DNA of 64,000 nt from Mobula hypostoma (GCF_963921235.1 NC_086097.1:204168001-204232000), one strand, 5' to 3'. Positions 28,641-42,816 are shown, counted from the stretch's first letter. The notes: generated by a model from the letters alone, not told the origin. A program made the numbers and translations.

Positions 28641-30728
28641 CTTAATTGATTCTAATAAGATCCATCTAATTAACTGATATCTTCCAGGGAAAGAAATCTG
28701 TCATGTTTGGCCTACATCTAGACCCTCCTTCAATGTCTTTTCAGTCAAGGATCAACAAGGGAAGGACAATAAATACCACACACTGTGAACAACCTTCAGT
28801 AAAAGCTGAGTGTTTGATCAGCACTGAATAAATGACAGAAACTTTGACATTTTCATATTAGCCTATGAATGTTTATTCTGAAATTACCTTCCAATTTTTG
28901 ATTTATTGACAGGAACCTCCAAATAGGTCTGTTGAATTACATTACAGATGTAAATTGATGAGTCACTTTCTTGCAAGTGTGATTTGAAAATGATACCAGA
29001 TATTTCTGTTAAGGAAACAATGAAATTAGTGCAAGGAAGGAAGCAATTTGGCTTCTGCCTTTCTATAAGAATCATATCTTTAAATGGATTCATCTACCCC
29101 AAACCTTTTTTCATATGACAACCTTGTGTGTTCCATTTGCAAATATTTATGTAATTTTCTTTTGGATAATAATTCACTTTAATTATTTTAGCATACCAGT
29201 TCCAGTACTTACTTTATATTAAAATAATAGTAATAAACTCCAAAAAAAATCTATTATTTGCTATCTATTGCTGGAATCTATTTTCAGAATGTAGTAGCAG
29301 GACAATTAAGGAAAAAAACAGATTTAAGTAAGGAAAATCAATATAAATTCATGAAAGGAAAATGGCAGTTGGCAAATTTATAGAGTCATAGATTTGTACA
29401 GCAGGGAAACAGACTATTCAGTCCAAATCAACAGTGGGCATCCTAATGTACGTATTGCTGCCATCTCCCAGCCCTTGGACCATAGCCTTCTATACCTGGG
29501 CAATTCAAATGCTCACCTACTCTCTAAATGCTGGCAATGACTTATCCATAACCACTATCTCAAGCAGTACATTCTAGGTACTTACCATTCTCCTGGTGAA
29601 CTAAGCCCTCAATTATCCCCTCTAAATCTCTTTCCCCTTCACTAGTGAGGTTTCAAAAGTGTCAGAGATCAACATATCTCAATTATTTATGACATCTGTT
29701 AGTGACTTTAATAACATTTCAAAATAATTGGACAGGTACATGGATAAGAAAAGCTTCATGGCATATGGCCAAATGTGGGAAGAGTCTAACATACTGTAGA
29801 TTTGGCATTTTTTTTTGCATGGACTAGTTTGGCCCAATGGCTTCTTCCATGCTATACTACTCTCTGATTTTGACTTAAATGAAGAGGTAACTGCATTGTG
29901 GCCAAATATACTGGTGATACAAAGGTAGAGAGGAAAGCAAGATGTGAAGAGGGCATAATGAGTGTGCAAATGAACATGGATAGGTTCCGTGTGTGGACAA
30001 AATTATGACTGATGAAGTAATGTGAATACATTTTATTATTGTCACATGCATCAAAGTACAGTGAAAAACTTTATTTTGCATTCCATTCATACAGATCATT
30101 TTACCACTTCAGTATATCGGAAAGCAATAACAGAACGTATTATAGTTACAGAGGAAGTGCAGTGCAGGCAGACAATTTACCCTGACAAGGAAAGTTCAAG
30201 AGGCCATCCTATTATAGAAGATGTTTGTTCAATTGTCTTATAGGAGGTGTCCTTGAGCCTGGTGGTACATGCTTCCAGGCTTTTGTATCTTCTGCTCGAT
30301 AGGGGAGAGGAGAAGAACAGTGAATGTATAATGTGGGGAAGGAAACCTAAGTTCATTGATTTACACAGGAAGAATAGAAAAGCTGAATATTGTTTAAATG
30401 AAGAGGCTACAGAATGCTGCTGGATAGAGGGACGTGGGTGTCCTCACGATATTTATTTTCCCCAGGGTAGGATAATCTAGATCTAAAGTGCATATGTTTA
30501 AGGTGAGAGGGGAAAAATTTAAAGAAGATTTTTCGGACAAGCTTTTAAAAAAAAAATGGAGGATGGTGCATTCTAACCAGTTGTATTACCGTCTAGAATG
30601 GGGGTCACCGTGCAGGATTAATATAAGCTGAAGAAAGTTGTAAACTCAGTCAGCTCCATCATAGGCACTAGCCTCCCCAGCATCCAGGAATTCTTCAAGA
30701 AGCTATGACCTTCCAATATCCAGGCAGC

Positions 30729-30729
<1 letters not shown>

Positions 30730-30823
<94 letters not shown>
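30730..30823. repeat. (TTTC)n microsatellite
   Basis: Over 20 tandem TTTC units, followed by a G-rich stretch and an AATAAA/poly-A tail to ~30948. Confidence 0.95.
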
Positions 30824-31421
30824 TTCTGTCCCCCCCCCTTTTTTAGGTAGGGGTATGTTACGGGGGGAAGGATTAAGGGGAGGGGGGAGGGTAGATATTA
30901 TTCTATGTAATCAAGTTTGAAAATTGAATAAAAAACATTTAAAAAAAAGGTGGTATCCATCACTAAGGAGCCCCATCACCCAGGACATGCCCCCGTCTCA
31001 TCGCTACCATCAGGGAGGAGTTATAGAAGCCCAAAGACACACACTTAGCAATTCAGGAAGAGCTTTCTACCTTCTGCCATCTGAATGGGCAATGAACCCA
31101 TGAAGACTACCTTACTATCACAATGTATGCCAGTGATTTTAAACCTGTTTCTGATTCTGATATGGAATGAACTGCTAGAGGGAGTGGTGGAGACTAGCAA
31201 ATTACGATACTTAAAAAAACATTTGGACAAGTTCATGCACAGGAAAATTTTAGGGAGATATGGACCAAATGCATGTAAGTGGAACTAGCTTAGCAAAGAA
31301 TTGACAAGTTGAAGTGATAGGCCTGTTTCCACGACATATTACTCTATGACCCTATAACTCCATGGAGCTGAGATTGATTGATAGGATCAACGTGGTCATT
31401 CCTACTCCTACTTCCTGTGTT

Positions 31422-31642
31422 AATAGACAATAGACAATAGGTGCAGGAGTAGGCCATTCGGCCCTTTGAGCCAGCACCGCCATTCACTGTGATCATGGCT
31501 GATCATCCACTATCAGTATCCAGTTCCTGCCTTATCCCCATTATCTTTGATTCCGCTATCTTTAAGAGCTCTATTCATCTCTTTCTTGAAAGCATCCAGA
31601 GACTTGGCCTCCACAGCCTTCTGGGGCAGAGAATTCCATATA
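31422..31642 (-). mobile_element. CR1 3' end, same subfamily as the copy in kinase exon 3
   Basis: (aatagac) tail; near-identical to 40107-40330. Confidence 0.88.
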
Positions 31643-32849
31643 TCCTTATATGTTCTAATGCTTTTATTTGCAAAGAGTAAAGCAGATGAGTTAATCATGC
31701 TGATCTCTATTATTTATTGCTATTTATAGAACGGTATTCTGCATTTACACAGTTTGTTTATGGTTTATAGCTCCTGATGTTTACAGTTTACAATTACTGT
31801 TCTATAGATTTGCTAAGTACGCATGCAGAAAAAGAATCTCTGGGTTGTATGTGGTTATATGTATGTACTTTGATAATAAATTTTACTTTGAACTTTGAAA
31901 TTAGAAAACAGAAAATATTGGAAATACTTAACAGGACAGGCAGCATCTGTGGATAGAGAAACAGGTAACATTTTAGCTTGATAACTTCAATAGATTTCTA
32001 CCAACTTTGTATTTAACTGACAATTCTATGCTTTCTCTGTGCAGTTTTTCTGCATATATTCATGAATTAACTTTAAATTCATTCCTTAATACAATCTGCA
32101 CAAGTTTTTGGCCTGTTATTTCTGTTTTTAGCAATATATGACAATTGATGTCTTCACTTAACTCACTCTAATTTGTAGGTAATAGACTGCAAGGAATTGT
32201 AGGGCACGTTATACCTTATACCTTAACATAGTCAGTGTATTTCAAACATCCAAATCTAATTTCCATCAGGGTGGGGTGAATTTTTTAAATGAGCCATAAG
32301 CTTATCTGGAAATTTCAGTGTCCAAGTTACGTCTGATGCTCAGAGGTTGCTCCCAACTGGGGCACAAAAAAGTAACAATAGATGAAAAAAAGTAAGGATG
32401 AAAATGAAATTTGCCAGGAATATCAAAGGTAATATAATAGAATGTAAGTATGCAAAGACATTAAGATAAAAAGGGCAGTTAAGGGGAACATACGCTTGCT
32501 ACGTGCAGGTTAAAATGCAATTTTAATTGAGAGTATAGAATGGGTACCTGACTATTGATTTTTCACAGTGTATAAAAAGAATCAGATATCAGGGATCCAA
32601 GGAAAATCTGATGGGACAATGGAATGAACTGGATAGATCTAACATTGAAAATGACAGTACAGAATAACGGTAGTAGAAATTTATGGTGAATAAATCTTCA
32701 AGGACTAAAGATTTTCACAAGGAAGTATCAAAATAAATAGATGAGGAAGCCTCAGTCATTTCTTATAAAATTCCAAATTCAGGTATAGTATGGTTTTGAG
32801 TATCACAAACATTATTCTTTAAGAGAACAAGGTGGTAAAAAAAGTAAAT

Positions 32850-35800
32850 CAGCATTCAATACCATCATCCCCTTAGTCCTCCTTCTTGACAATCAACACC
32901 AGCACACCTTAGGGATATGTGATTAGCCTGCTGTTCTACTCTCTCTATACCCATGACTGTGTGGCTAGACACAACAGCAAAAATGGCATCCATAAATTTG
33001 CCAATGACACAAGTGTGTCAGAAATATCTCAGATAGTGGTGAGGAAGCATGCAAGAGTGAGATAGACTGGCCAGTTGAGTGCTGTTGCAATAACAACCTT
33101 GCACTCAATATTAAGACCAAAGAAATGATGGTGGACTTCAGGAAGGGGAAGTCGAGGGAACACGCATAAGATCCCATCGACGAGTCAGCAGTGGAAAGTT
33201 CAAAGTAAACTTATTATCAAGGTACATATAGGTCACTATATCAACACTCACAAACTGCTGGAGGACCTCAGAAGGTTAGGCAGCATCTATGGAAATGAAT
33301 GAACAGTCAATGTTTTGCGCTGAGACTCTTCTTCAGGACTGGAAAGAAAGGGGGAAGTTGTTAGAATAATAAGGTGAGAGGAGGGGAAGGAGGGTAGCTA
33401 GAAGGTGAGAAGTGAAGCCAGGTGGGTAGGAAAAGTAAAGGGCTGGAGAGAAAGGAATCTGACAAGAGAGGAGAGTGGACCATAGGAGAAAGGGAAGGAG
33501 GAGGGGACGCAGGGGGTGGTGTTAGGCAGGAGTGGAGAGCTAAGAGGATGGTTTGGGGAATATGTCACCATATACAACCTTGAGATTCAATTTCTTGTGG
33601 GCATACTCAGCAAATCCAAGGGCCATAATAGAATTAATGAAAAACTGCAACCAACAGGGTGGACAAATGACCAATGTACAAAAGACAACAAACTGTGCAA
33701 ATACAAAAGGAAAAAAAAACAATATCCATCGAGAACAGGAGAGGAAGAGTCCTTGAAATTCAGTCCATAGTTTGTGGGAACAATTCAGTGGTGGGACAAG
33801 TGAAGTTGAATGATGTTATTGCTACTGGTTCAAGAACCTGATGGTTGAGGGGTAATAATTTTTCCTGTACCTGGTAGTGTGAATGCTGAGGATCTTATAC
33901 CTTCTTCCTGACAGCAGGAGTGAGCAGAGTGCATGACCTTGGTGGTGGAGGTCCCTGATGACAGATACTGCTTTTGACAGTGCTCCATGTAGATATGCTC
34001 AATTGACCGGAGGGCTTTACCCATGATGGACTGTGCCGTATCCACTTTCTTTTTGTAGGATTTTTCATTTAAAGGCATTGATGTTTCCATACTAGGCCAT
34101 AATGCAACTAGTCAGTATACTCTCCACCACACATTTATAGAAGTTTGGCAAAGTATTAGATGTCATGCCAAATCTTCACAAGTTTCTAAGGAAGTAGAGG
34201 TGCTGCTGTGCTTTCTTCATAATTGCGCTTATAAGTGCTGGGCTCAGGTCAGGTCCTCTGAAATTATATCACCAAGGAATTTAAAGTTGCCGATCCTCTC
34301 TATCATTGAACCCCTGATGAGCACTGGGTCATGGACCTCTGGATTCCTTCACCTGAAGTCAATAATCAGCTCCTTGGTCTTGCTGGCATTGGGTGAGAGG
34401 TTGTTGTAGCACCACACAGCCAGATTTTCAACCTATATGTCGACTCATCACCACCTTTGATTCGGCCTACAAGAGCGGTGTCATCAGCAAACTTGAATAT
34501 GGCATAGGAGCCGTGCTTAACCTCACAGTCATAAGTTTAAAACAATTAGAGCTGGGGTCTAAGCACACAGCCCTCAGAAGAACCTGTGCTGATGGTGATT
34601 GTAGAGATGTTGTTGCTAATCGAACTGACTGGGATTTGTAAGTGAGGAAATCAAGGATCCAATTGCATAGGGAGGTATTGAAACCAAGGTCTTGAAGGTT
34701 ATTGATTAGTTTTTGAGAAGATAATAGATTTGAATGCCAAGCTGTAGTTGATAAGGAGCACCTTGATGTATGCATCTTTGCTGTCCAGATGTTCCATGGT
34801 TGAGTGAAGACCAATTGAAATGGCATTTACTGTTGTGCCAGTAGGAAAATGGGAGTGGATCCAAGTCACTTCTCAGTCAGAAGTTGATGTTTTTCATCAC
34901 CAACCTCTCAAAACATGTCATCACAGTGGATGTAAGTGCTACTGGATGATTGTCATTGAAGCGGTTTACCATGTTCTTCTTAGGCACCATTATGACTGAG
35001 GCCTGCTTGAAGCAGGTGGGTACCTCAGACTGTCAAAGTGAGAGGTTAAAGATATCGGTGAACACTACAGCCAGTTAATCAGAACAGGATTTTAATACTC
35101 GGCCACGACACTAACAGGACTAGGTGCTTTCTGTGGCTTCACACCCTTGAAGGATAACCTTGACCTCATAAAATGAAATGACAGGTCATCAGGGACTGTG
35201 GGAGTTTGTGAAGGTTCTTCCATGTTTTGACAGTCAAAGCAAGCATTGAAGGCATTGAACCCATCTGGTAGTGAAGCCTTGTTTTTACCTGTGTCGCTTG
35301 AGGAGTGTGCAATTTCAGTTTCCTAGGTGTCAACATCTCTGAAGATCTATCTGGATCTACCACATTGATGCAGTTACAAAGAAGGCATGCCAGCAGCCAT
35401 ATGTTTGAGGAGTTTGAGGAGCTTTGGTATGTCACCATAGACTCTAGCAAATTTCTAAAGATGTACTGTGGAGAGCATTCTAAATGGTTAAATCGCCATA
35501 TGGTGGAGGATCAGAAAAATACTGGAGCACTGTAAACTCATCCAGCTCCATCATGGGCACTAGCTTCCCCACCACCGAGGGCATCAACAAAAGGCGATGC
35601 CTCAAAAAGGCAGCATCCATCATTAAGGACCTCTATCACTTAACACATGCCCTATTCTCATTACTACCATCAGAAAGGAGGTTTGGGAGCCTGAAGACAC
35701 ACGTTTAACAGGAGCTGTTACAGAAGCAGCTTCTTCGCTTCAGATTTCTGAATGGAGCATGAACCCATAACCGCTACCTCACTATTTTTTGCTCCTTCTT

Positions 35801-35925
35801 CACACAATATCATATATATACTTCTTATTGTAATTTATAGTATATTTTATGTATTGCACTGCATTGCTGCCACAAAACGATAAATTTCACCTATATGCCA
35901 GTGATAATAAATCTGATTCTGACGC
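32850..35925. mobile_element. Cluster of Rex1/Babar-like LINE fragments (minus ~33790-35280; plus ~32850-33200 and ~35300-35925) with a Penelope terminal fragment at ~33245-33540
   Basis: LCNWILDFLT, KFADDTT-like, FSFLGVNISEDLS, AASIIKD..H..HALFSLLPS. Confidence 0.75.
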
Positions 35926-36631
35926 AGGATTTAACCCAATTGTGTCATGCCACTTGAAATTATCATTGCAGACTGAATGATTAAATTCTGTACTTGGACA
36001 AATACAAGTTCACCGAAGAGGATCAGCATAAACTGGATGTACAAATCATGTCAGGCTAATATCGCTGAGGTTTTATAAGATAATAGGATGGTGGATGAGG
36101 GAGTGATGAGAAGCATTGCTCATGTGGACTTTCAGAAACATTTAATACCTTTCCACAAAATACTGGAGTCAACAAAAGACTCACTGAAGCTTTACTCAAA
36201 ACAGAAGAGGGAGGCAATTTTATTCATTATCACGCAACTGACTTAAACTTGGTGGTGTAGTAATTTTTGATGATAAGCCCACACATGACTCTTAATCTTG
36301 CCTATCACAGTGTCATAGTGCCTATAATACTGGGTGGTTCAAGTGAAGCTGTGTAGTTTTCACCACACTAGGCAGGGTCTCACAGGTGTTGCTTGGAAGA
36401 TACAAGGAATGAATAAGGAAACATAGAAACATAGAAACATAGAAAATAGGTGCAGGAGTAGGCCATTCGTCCCTTCCGAGCCTGCACTGCCATTCAGTAT
36501 GATCATGGCTGATCATCCAACTCAGAAACCTATACCAGCCTTCCCTCCATACTCCCTGATCCCTTTAGCCACAAGGGCCATAGGAATGGAATACCACTTC
36601 TCAGATTAGTGAAAGTAGAGCTCATCAATGA

Positions 36632-39142
36632 CCATATAACCATATAACAATTACAGCACGGAAATAGGCCATCTCGGCCCTTCTAGTCCTTGCCAAACTC
36701 TTACTCTCACCTAGTCCCACCGAACCACACTCAGCCCATAACCCTCCATTCCTTTCCGTCCATATAGCTGTCCAATTTAACTTTAAATGACAACATCAAA
36801 CCTGCCTCAACCACTTCTGCTGGAAGCTCGTTCCACAGCTACCGCTCTCTGAGTAAAGAAGTTCCCCCTCATGTTACCCCTAAACTTTTGCCCTTTAACT
36901 CTCAACTCATGTCATCTTGTTTGAATCTCGCCCCCCTCAATGGAAAAAGCCTATCCACGTCAACTCTATCTATCCCCCTCATAATTTTAAATACCTCTAT
37001 CAAGTCCCCCCATCAACCTTCTACGTTCCAAAGAATAAAGACCCAACTTGTTCAACCTTTCTCTATAACTTAGGTGATGAAAACCTGGTAACATTCGAGT
37101 AAATCTTCTCTGTACTCTCTCTATTTTGTTGACATTTTTCCTTTAATTCAGTGACCAGAACTGTACACAATACTTCAAATTTGGCCTCACCAATGCCTTG
37201 TACAATTTCAACATTACATCCCAACTCCTATACTCAATGCTCTGATTTATAAATGCTTTCTTCACCACCCTATCCACATGAGATTCCACCTTCAGCAACT
37301 ATGCACCATTATTCCTAGATCCCTCTGTTCTACTGCATTCTTCAATGCCCTACCATTTACCATGTACTTTGATTAGTCCTACCAAAATGTGGCACCTCAC
37401 ATTTATCAGCATTAAACTCCATCTGCCATCTTCCAGCCCACTCTTCTAACTGGCCTAAATCTCTCTGCCCCATCATCCAGATCATTAATGTATATGACAA
37501 ACAACACTGGACCCAGTACAGATCCCTGAGGCACACCACTAGTCACTGGCCCCCAATCTGACAGACAGTTATCCACCACTACTCTCTGGCATCTCCCATC
37601 CAGCCACTGCTGAATCCATTTAACTACTTCGATATTAATATCTAACGATTGAACCTTCCTAACTAACCTTCTGTGTTGGACCTTGTCAAAGGCCTTACTG
37701 AAGTCCATATAGACAACATCCACCGCTTTACCCTCGTCAACTTTCCTACTAACCTCTTCAAAAAATTCAATAAGGTTTGTCAAACATGACCTTCCACGCA
37801 CAAATCCATGTTGACTTTTCCTAATCAGACCCTGTCTATCTAGATAATTATATATACCATCTCTAAGAATACTTTCCATCAATTTATCCACCACTGACGT
37901 CAAACTCACAGGCCGATAATTGCTAGGTTTACTCTTAGAACCCTTTTTAAACAATGGAACAACATGAGCAATACACCAATCCTCTGTCACCATCCCCGTT
38001 TCTAATGACATTTGAAATATTTCTGTCAGAGCCCCTGCTATTTCCAGACTAACTTCCCTCAAGGTCCTGGGGAATATCCTGTCAGGACCCGGAGACTTAT
38101 CCACTTTTATATTCCTTAAAAGCGCCAGTACTTCATCTTCTTTAATCATCATAGTTTCCACAACTTCCCTACCTGTTTCCCTTATCTTACACAATTCAAT
38201 ATCCTTCTCCTTCGTGAATACCGAGGAAAAGAAATTGTTCAGAATCTCCCCCATCTCTTTGGCTCCACACATAGCTGTCCACTCTGATTCTCTAAGGGAC
38301 CAAGTTTATCTCTCACTATCCCTTTGCTACTAATATAACTGTAGAAACCCTTGGGATTTATTTTCACCTTACTTGCCAAAGCAACCTCATATCTTCTTTT
38401 AGCTTTTCTAATTTCTTTCTTAAGATTCTTTTTACATTCTTTATATTCCTCGAGCGCCTCATTTACTCCATGCTGCCTATATTTATTGTAGATATCTCTC
38501 TTTTTTCAAACCATATTTCCAATATCCCTTGAAAACTATGGCTCTCTCAAACTTCTAACCTTTCCTTTCAACCTAGCAGGAACATAAAGATTCTGTACCC
38601 TCAAAATTTCACCTTTAAATGACCTCAATTTCTCTATTACATTCTTTCCATAAAACAAATTGTCCCAATCCACTCCTTCTAATTCCTTTCGCATCTCCTT
38701 AAAGTTAGCCTTTCTCCAATCAGAAATCTCAACCCTGGGTCCAGACCTATCCTTCTCCATAATTATATTGAAACTAATAGGATTGTGATCACTGGACCCG
38801 AAGTGCTCCCCAACACAAACCTCCATCACCTGACCAATCTCATTCCCTAACAGGAGATCCAACACTGCCCCTTCTCTAGTTGGTACCTCTATGTATTGTT
38901 GCAAAAAACTATCCTGTACAAATTTTACAAACTCCAAACCATCCAGCCCTTTTACAGAATGGATTTCCCAGTCTATGTGTAGAAAATTAAAATCTCCCAC
39001 AATCACAACCTTGTGCCTACTACAAATATCTGTTATCTCCTTACAAATTTGCTCCTCCAATTCTCGCTCCCCATTTGGTGGTCTATAATACACCCCCATA
39101 AGTGTTACTACACCTTTCCCATTCCACAATTCCACCCAAATG
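36632..39142 (-). mobile_element. CR1 LINE ORF2 (APE C-half and RT), relatively young, internally deleted
   Basis: ORFs 38536-39189 (GVYYRPP, VGDFN, SDH) and 37412-38272 ([30 protein letters not shown]). Confidence 0.93.
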
Positions 39143-39174
39143 ACACAAAAAAAAGAGCATTCTTTTAGCAAATT

Positions 39175-39700
39175 ACACTTTGTGGCCACTTTATTAGGTA
39201 TGCCTGTACACCTGTTTTTTAATACACATATCTAATCAAACAATCATGTGGCAGCAACTCAATGCATAAAAACATGCAGACATGGTCAAGAGGTTCTGTT
39301 GTTAATCAGACCAAACATCAAAACACAGAAGAAAAGTGACGTAAGTGACTCTGACCATGGAATGATAGTTGGTGCTAGATGGGGTGGTTTGAGTATCTCA
39401 GAAACTGCTGATCACCTGGGATTTTCATGCACAACAGTCTCTAGAATTTACAGAGAACAGTGCAAAAAACAAACCAAAAAAGAAAAGCCAGTGAGTGGCA
39501 ATTCTGTGAGCAAAAGTGCCTTGCTAATGAGAGTGGTTGGAGGAGAATGGTCAGACTGGTTCAAATTGACAAGAAAGTGACAGTAACCCAAATAACCACA
39601 CATTACAAGCCATCATTTTCTGGTATGCAGAGGAGCATTTCGGAATGTACAATATGTTGAACTGTGAAATAGATGGGTTATAGCAGCCGTAGAGAGAGTG
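39175..39700 (+). mobile_element. Tc1/mariner fragment (left end and transposase N-terminal HTH)
   Basis: TIR-like gtggccactttattagg; SDSDHGMIVGARWGGLSISETADHLGFSCTTVSRIYRE; RRMVRLVQ. Confidence 0.8.
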
Positions 39701-39980
39701 GTTGCTGAAGTCTATGCTCCCTGTATGTCTTAACCCCAAAATACACCATAACAAACCTACTGTCCTGCTGATCTTCTACAAATTAAATGTCAATCCATTG
39801 AATTTATGCACTTCAGTGGAATTAGATATCACGTGTATTAAATTCTGAGGATTTTTGGAGTCAAAGTATTTATCATCCTTTTACTGTATTACTTTTACTT
39901 CACCATTGTGAGAGAAAAGAAGCGGGTGATATATTAAAACTCCCTGGAGATTTTTTATTAAATCTAGTTTTTACACTTAC

Positions 39981-40537
39981 CTTTTCATTGATCTTTTTAA
40001 ATTTAATTTCACAATGCCCTTCATTATTTTTATAATGTTCAACTAATTCAATGGTGGGAAAATCAAGATTCTCTTTGATATGAAATCTTCCATTCCTGTT
40101 TTGAAAAATAGACAATAGACAATAGGTGCAGGAGTAGGCCATTTGGCCCTTTGAGCCAGCACCGCTATTCACTGTAATCATGGCTGATCATCCACAATCA
40201 GTAACCAGTTCCTGCCTTATCCCCATAACCTTTGATTCCACTATCTTTAAGAGCTCTATCCATCTCTTTCCTGAAAGCATCCAGAGACTTGGCCTCCACA
40301 GCCTTCTGGGGCAGAGCATTCCATATATCCACCACTCCCTGGGTGAAAAAGTTTTTCCTCAACTCCATTCTAAATGGCCTACCTCTTATTCTTAAACTGT
40401 GGCCTCTGATTCTGGACTCACCCATCAGTTGGAACATGCTTCCTGCCTCCAACGTGTCCAATCCCTTAATAATCTTATATGTTTCAATAAGATCCCCTAA
40501 TAAATGATAAAATGGATTACAGATTCTTCAATTCTAG
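39981..40537 (-). pseudogene. Kinase exon 3 (SH2 C-half), split by a CR1 insertion
   Basis: ttttttcag|(A)RIEESVIHFIIY [CR1 ~40107-40497] FQNRNGRFHIKENLDFPTIELVEHYKNNEGHCEIKFKKINEK|gtaagt. Confidence 0.88.
40107..40497 (-). mobile_element. 5'-truncated CR1 inside kinase exon 3
   Basis: GDLIETYKII...RKNFFTQGVVDIWNALP; (tattgtc) tail directly abutting SH2 codons. Confidence 0.92.
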
Positions 40538-40669
40538 CTGAAAAAATTATATAATTAATTAATTAATTATCTCATTTGTTGATTATGAATATTCTTTTCC
40601 TTGGCACAAGAGGAGTCGGTGCTGCAGAATACACCACAATGCCTGCTTCCTTTCCACGGTGCTTTCATT

Positions 40670-41200
40670 TCAGAGGATCTCTCCTGGATCCAGCACTTAA
40701 CTGCTATTACAAAGAACGCACGGCAGTGCCTCTACTTTCTTAAAAGTTTGTGAAGATTCAGCATGTCATCTCAAACCTTAACAAACTTCTATAGGTGTGT
40801 GGTGTACAGTATATTGAATGGTTGCATCACGGCCTGGTATGGAAATGCCAATGGCTTTCTTACGGAAAAGTCCATCACAGGTAAAGTTCTCCCCATCACT
40901 GAGCACATCTGCAACGAGTGTTGTTGCAGGAAAGTAGCATTTATCATCAAGGATTGCCACCATTCAGGCCATGCTCTCTTTTCACTGCTGCCTTCAAAAA
41001 AGGAGGTAAAGGAGCTTCAGGACCCACACTTCCAGGTTCAGGAACTGTTATTACCCCTCAACCATTAGGCTTTTGAACCAGAGGGGATAACTTTGCTCAC
41101 CCCCAAACTAAACTGATGCCACGCACTATAGATTCACTTTCAAGGACTGTCCAACTCATGTTCTCAATATTTATTATGCATTTATTATTATTACTTCTAT
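40670..41200 (+). mobile_element. Rex1/Babar-like 3' fragment
   Basis: LTNFYRCVVYSILNGCITAWYGN, HHSGHALFSLLPS. Confidence 0.8.
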
Positions 41201-41204
41201 TTAT

Positions 41205-41543
41205 TTTTTTCTCAGCTCAGGCTGGTAAAACCTAAACCGTGGGCATAGCTAAGCATGTTCATTTTATCAATTTCTAGGAACTTCCAGACTATTTTTGTGG
41301 TGTTTAATATTGTGGCTTTCCAAAGGTTTACATAGATCTTGCTGTGCAGCCCTAATTGTTTAATGCTATTGTGTAGTACCTTTGGGATGATACCAGTTGT
41401 GGATATTACCATCAGGACAATGTATATCCTGTTCATGTTCCAAAGTCATTCAATTTCCTCTTTTAATTCAGCATATTTCTTGTGTTTTTCACTTACTGAT
41501 TTCTGTAAGTTATGTGTGTTTGGATTGGCTATATCTATTAAAT
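41205..41543 (-). mobile_element. R4/Dong-like (restriction-like endonuclease) non-LTR element, 3' fragment
   Basis: LIDIANPNTHNLQKSVSEKHKKYAELKEEIE*LWNMNRIYIVLMVISTTGIIPK...KATILNTTKIVWKFL; TAA repeats on both flanks. Confidence 0.8.
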
Positions 41544-41971
41544 ATTATTATTATTATTATTTTGCTTTTTATTTCTTTTTTGTATTTTCAAAATCTGTTG
41601 TCTGTTGCACATTGGTTGTTTGTCCATTGCTTATGTGCAGTTTTTCCTTGATTCAGCTGTGTTTCTTTCTAATTACTGTGAATGCCAGCAACAAAATGAA
41701 TTTCAGGGTAGTACAGAATATAGTGACACACATGTACTCTGATAAAAAATTTACTTTGAACTTAAAACTTTCAATTTTGGTCCTGCACCCACTGAATTCC
41801 TGTTACTTTACTGGAAGTGTCATGGAATATCAATTGCATGTGGTTAGACCGAACAGTAGATGGTGTTTGTTTCACAGTATCAAGGCAGATATGTTATGCA
41901 CATGACATTTGAGTAGACACAGACCCAAAGGAACCTAGGCCACAGGACTGGGATAGATTAAATCCCTTGCA

Positions 41972-42392
41972 TTTGTGGATTACCTCCAAGATGACCACAA
42001 CCTTGTCGTTTGGAGACTTGAGTGCCTCAATGACCAGGAGAGTTTTGCCGGCTTTATGCTTTGGCTCTTGGTAGGGTCACCCATGCCAAACAGTTCAAAG
42101 GGCAGGGGACAGACTAAGAGTAGTCCACTGGTCCTCCAGGTTCAGGGGTTCAGCTCAGGGCTCACAATCCTGACTAGTAAAACAAAATTGTTACGGAAAC
42201 AGCAATGAAGAATCCTTCGACATCTAAGTGAGAAGGTATTCCTGAGTCTTCACCCGGGATTTGCATGACAGACAGTAGCGTAAACCGAGAGGAAGCTACT
42301 GACATAATGAAGGAAGCCGTGAATACTGTCAGAGATGGAGTTCTTTCACTGCTGCCCTAAACACCAGTGGCATAACAGGCAGTAAATAAGTA
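41972..42392 (+). mobile_element. RTE-derived short non-autonomous element (5'UTR joined to 3' end)
   Basis: RTE-type 5' motifs (tgcctcaatgacc, ggtagggtcacccatg, cagactaagag) and an RTE-like 3' end (ttcactgctgccct...aacaggcagtaaataag). Confidence 0.55.
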
Positions 42393-42816
42393 CGTACTTG
42401 GAAATTACAGCCAACATCAGCCTGAGAACTTTTTTGTAAAATTGCTTCAGACTGCAATATTGTTGAAGTATATTTGCAAACTAGTAATAAACATATGGGA
42501 GATATACAAACTTCAGATATAGATAATTAAAAATAAACTTACATAAACTATGTGAACTGCCAAGTGCACATGAGAAACAATATCATTTCACCATATCACA
42601 AACAATACCATATGTTTGCTAAAGGAAACCCTATTGGGATAAAGCAATTTGGGATTTGCTTTTGTATCTCATGATGCCATATAAATACACAGATGGAATA
42701 CTGCCCTTCAATTTCCTAACAGATGCCTAATGAGACCAAGTGTTGAAATGTACACTTAAACTACTGTACGGAGGTAACACCTTGATAGTGTATTTATATC
42801 AAGTTTAAATTTTTAC

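Noticed and set aside
28320..28649. GC-rich overlapping ORFs as a gene or CpG-island promoter
   Set aside because: High GC leaves most frames open, no domain is recognisable, and the block is attached to a retroposon-like tail.
30705..30920. Phe/Leu/Ser-rich ORF
   Set aside because: It is the translation of the (TTTC)n microsatellite.
41339..41905. 188-aa hydrophobic ORF as a membrane protein
   Set aside because: It is antisense to the R4/Dong fragment plus a TAT microsatellite and a T-rich repeat tail.
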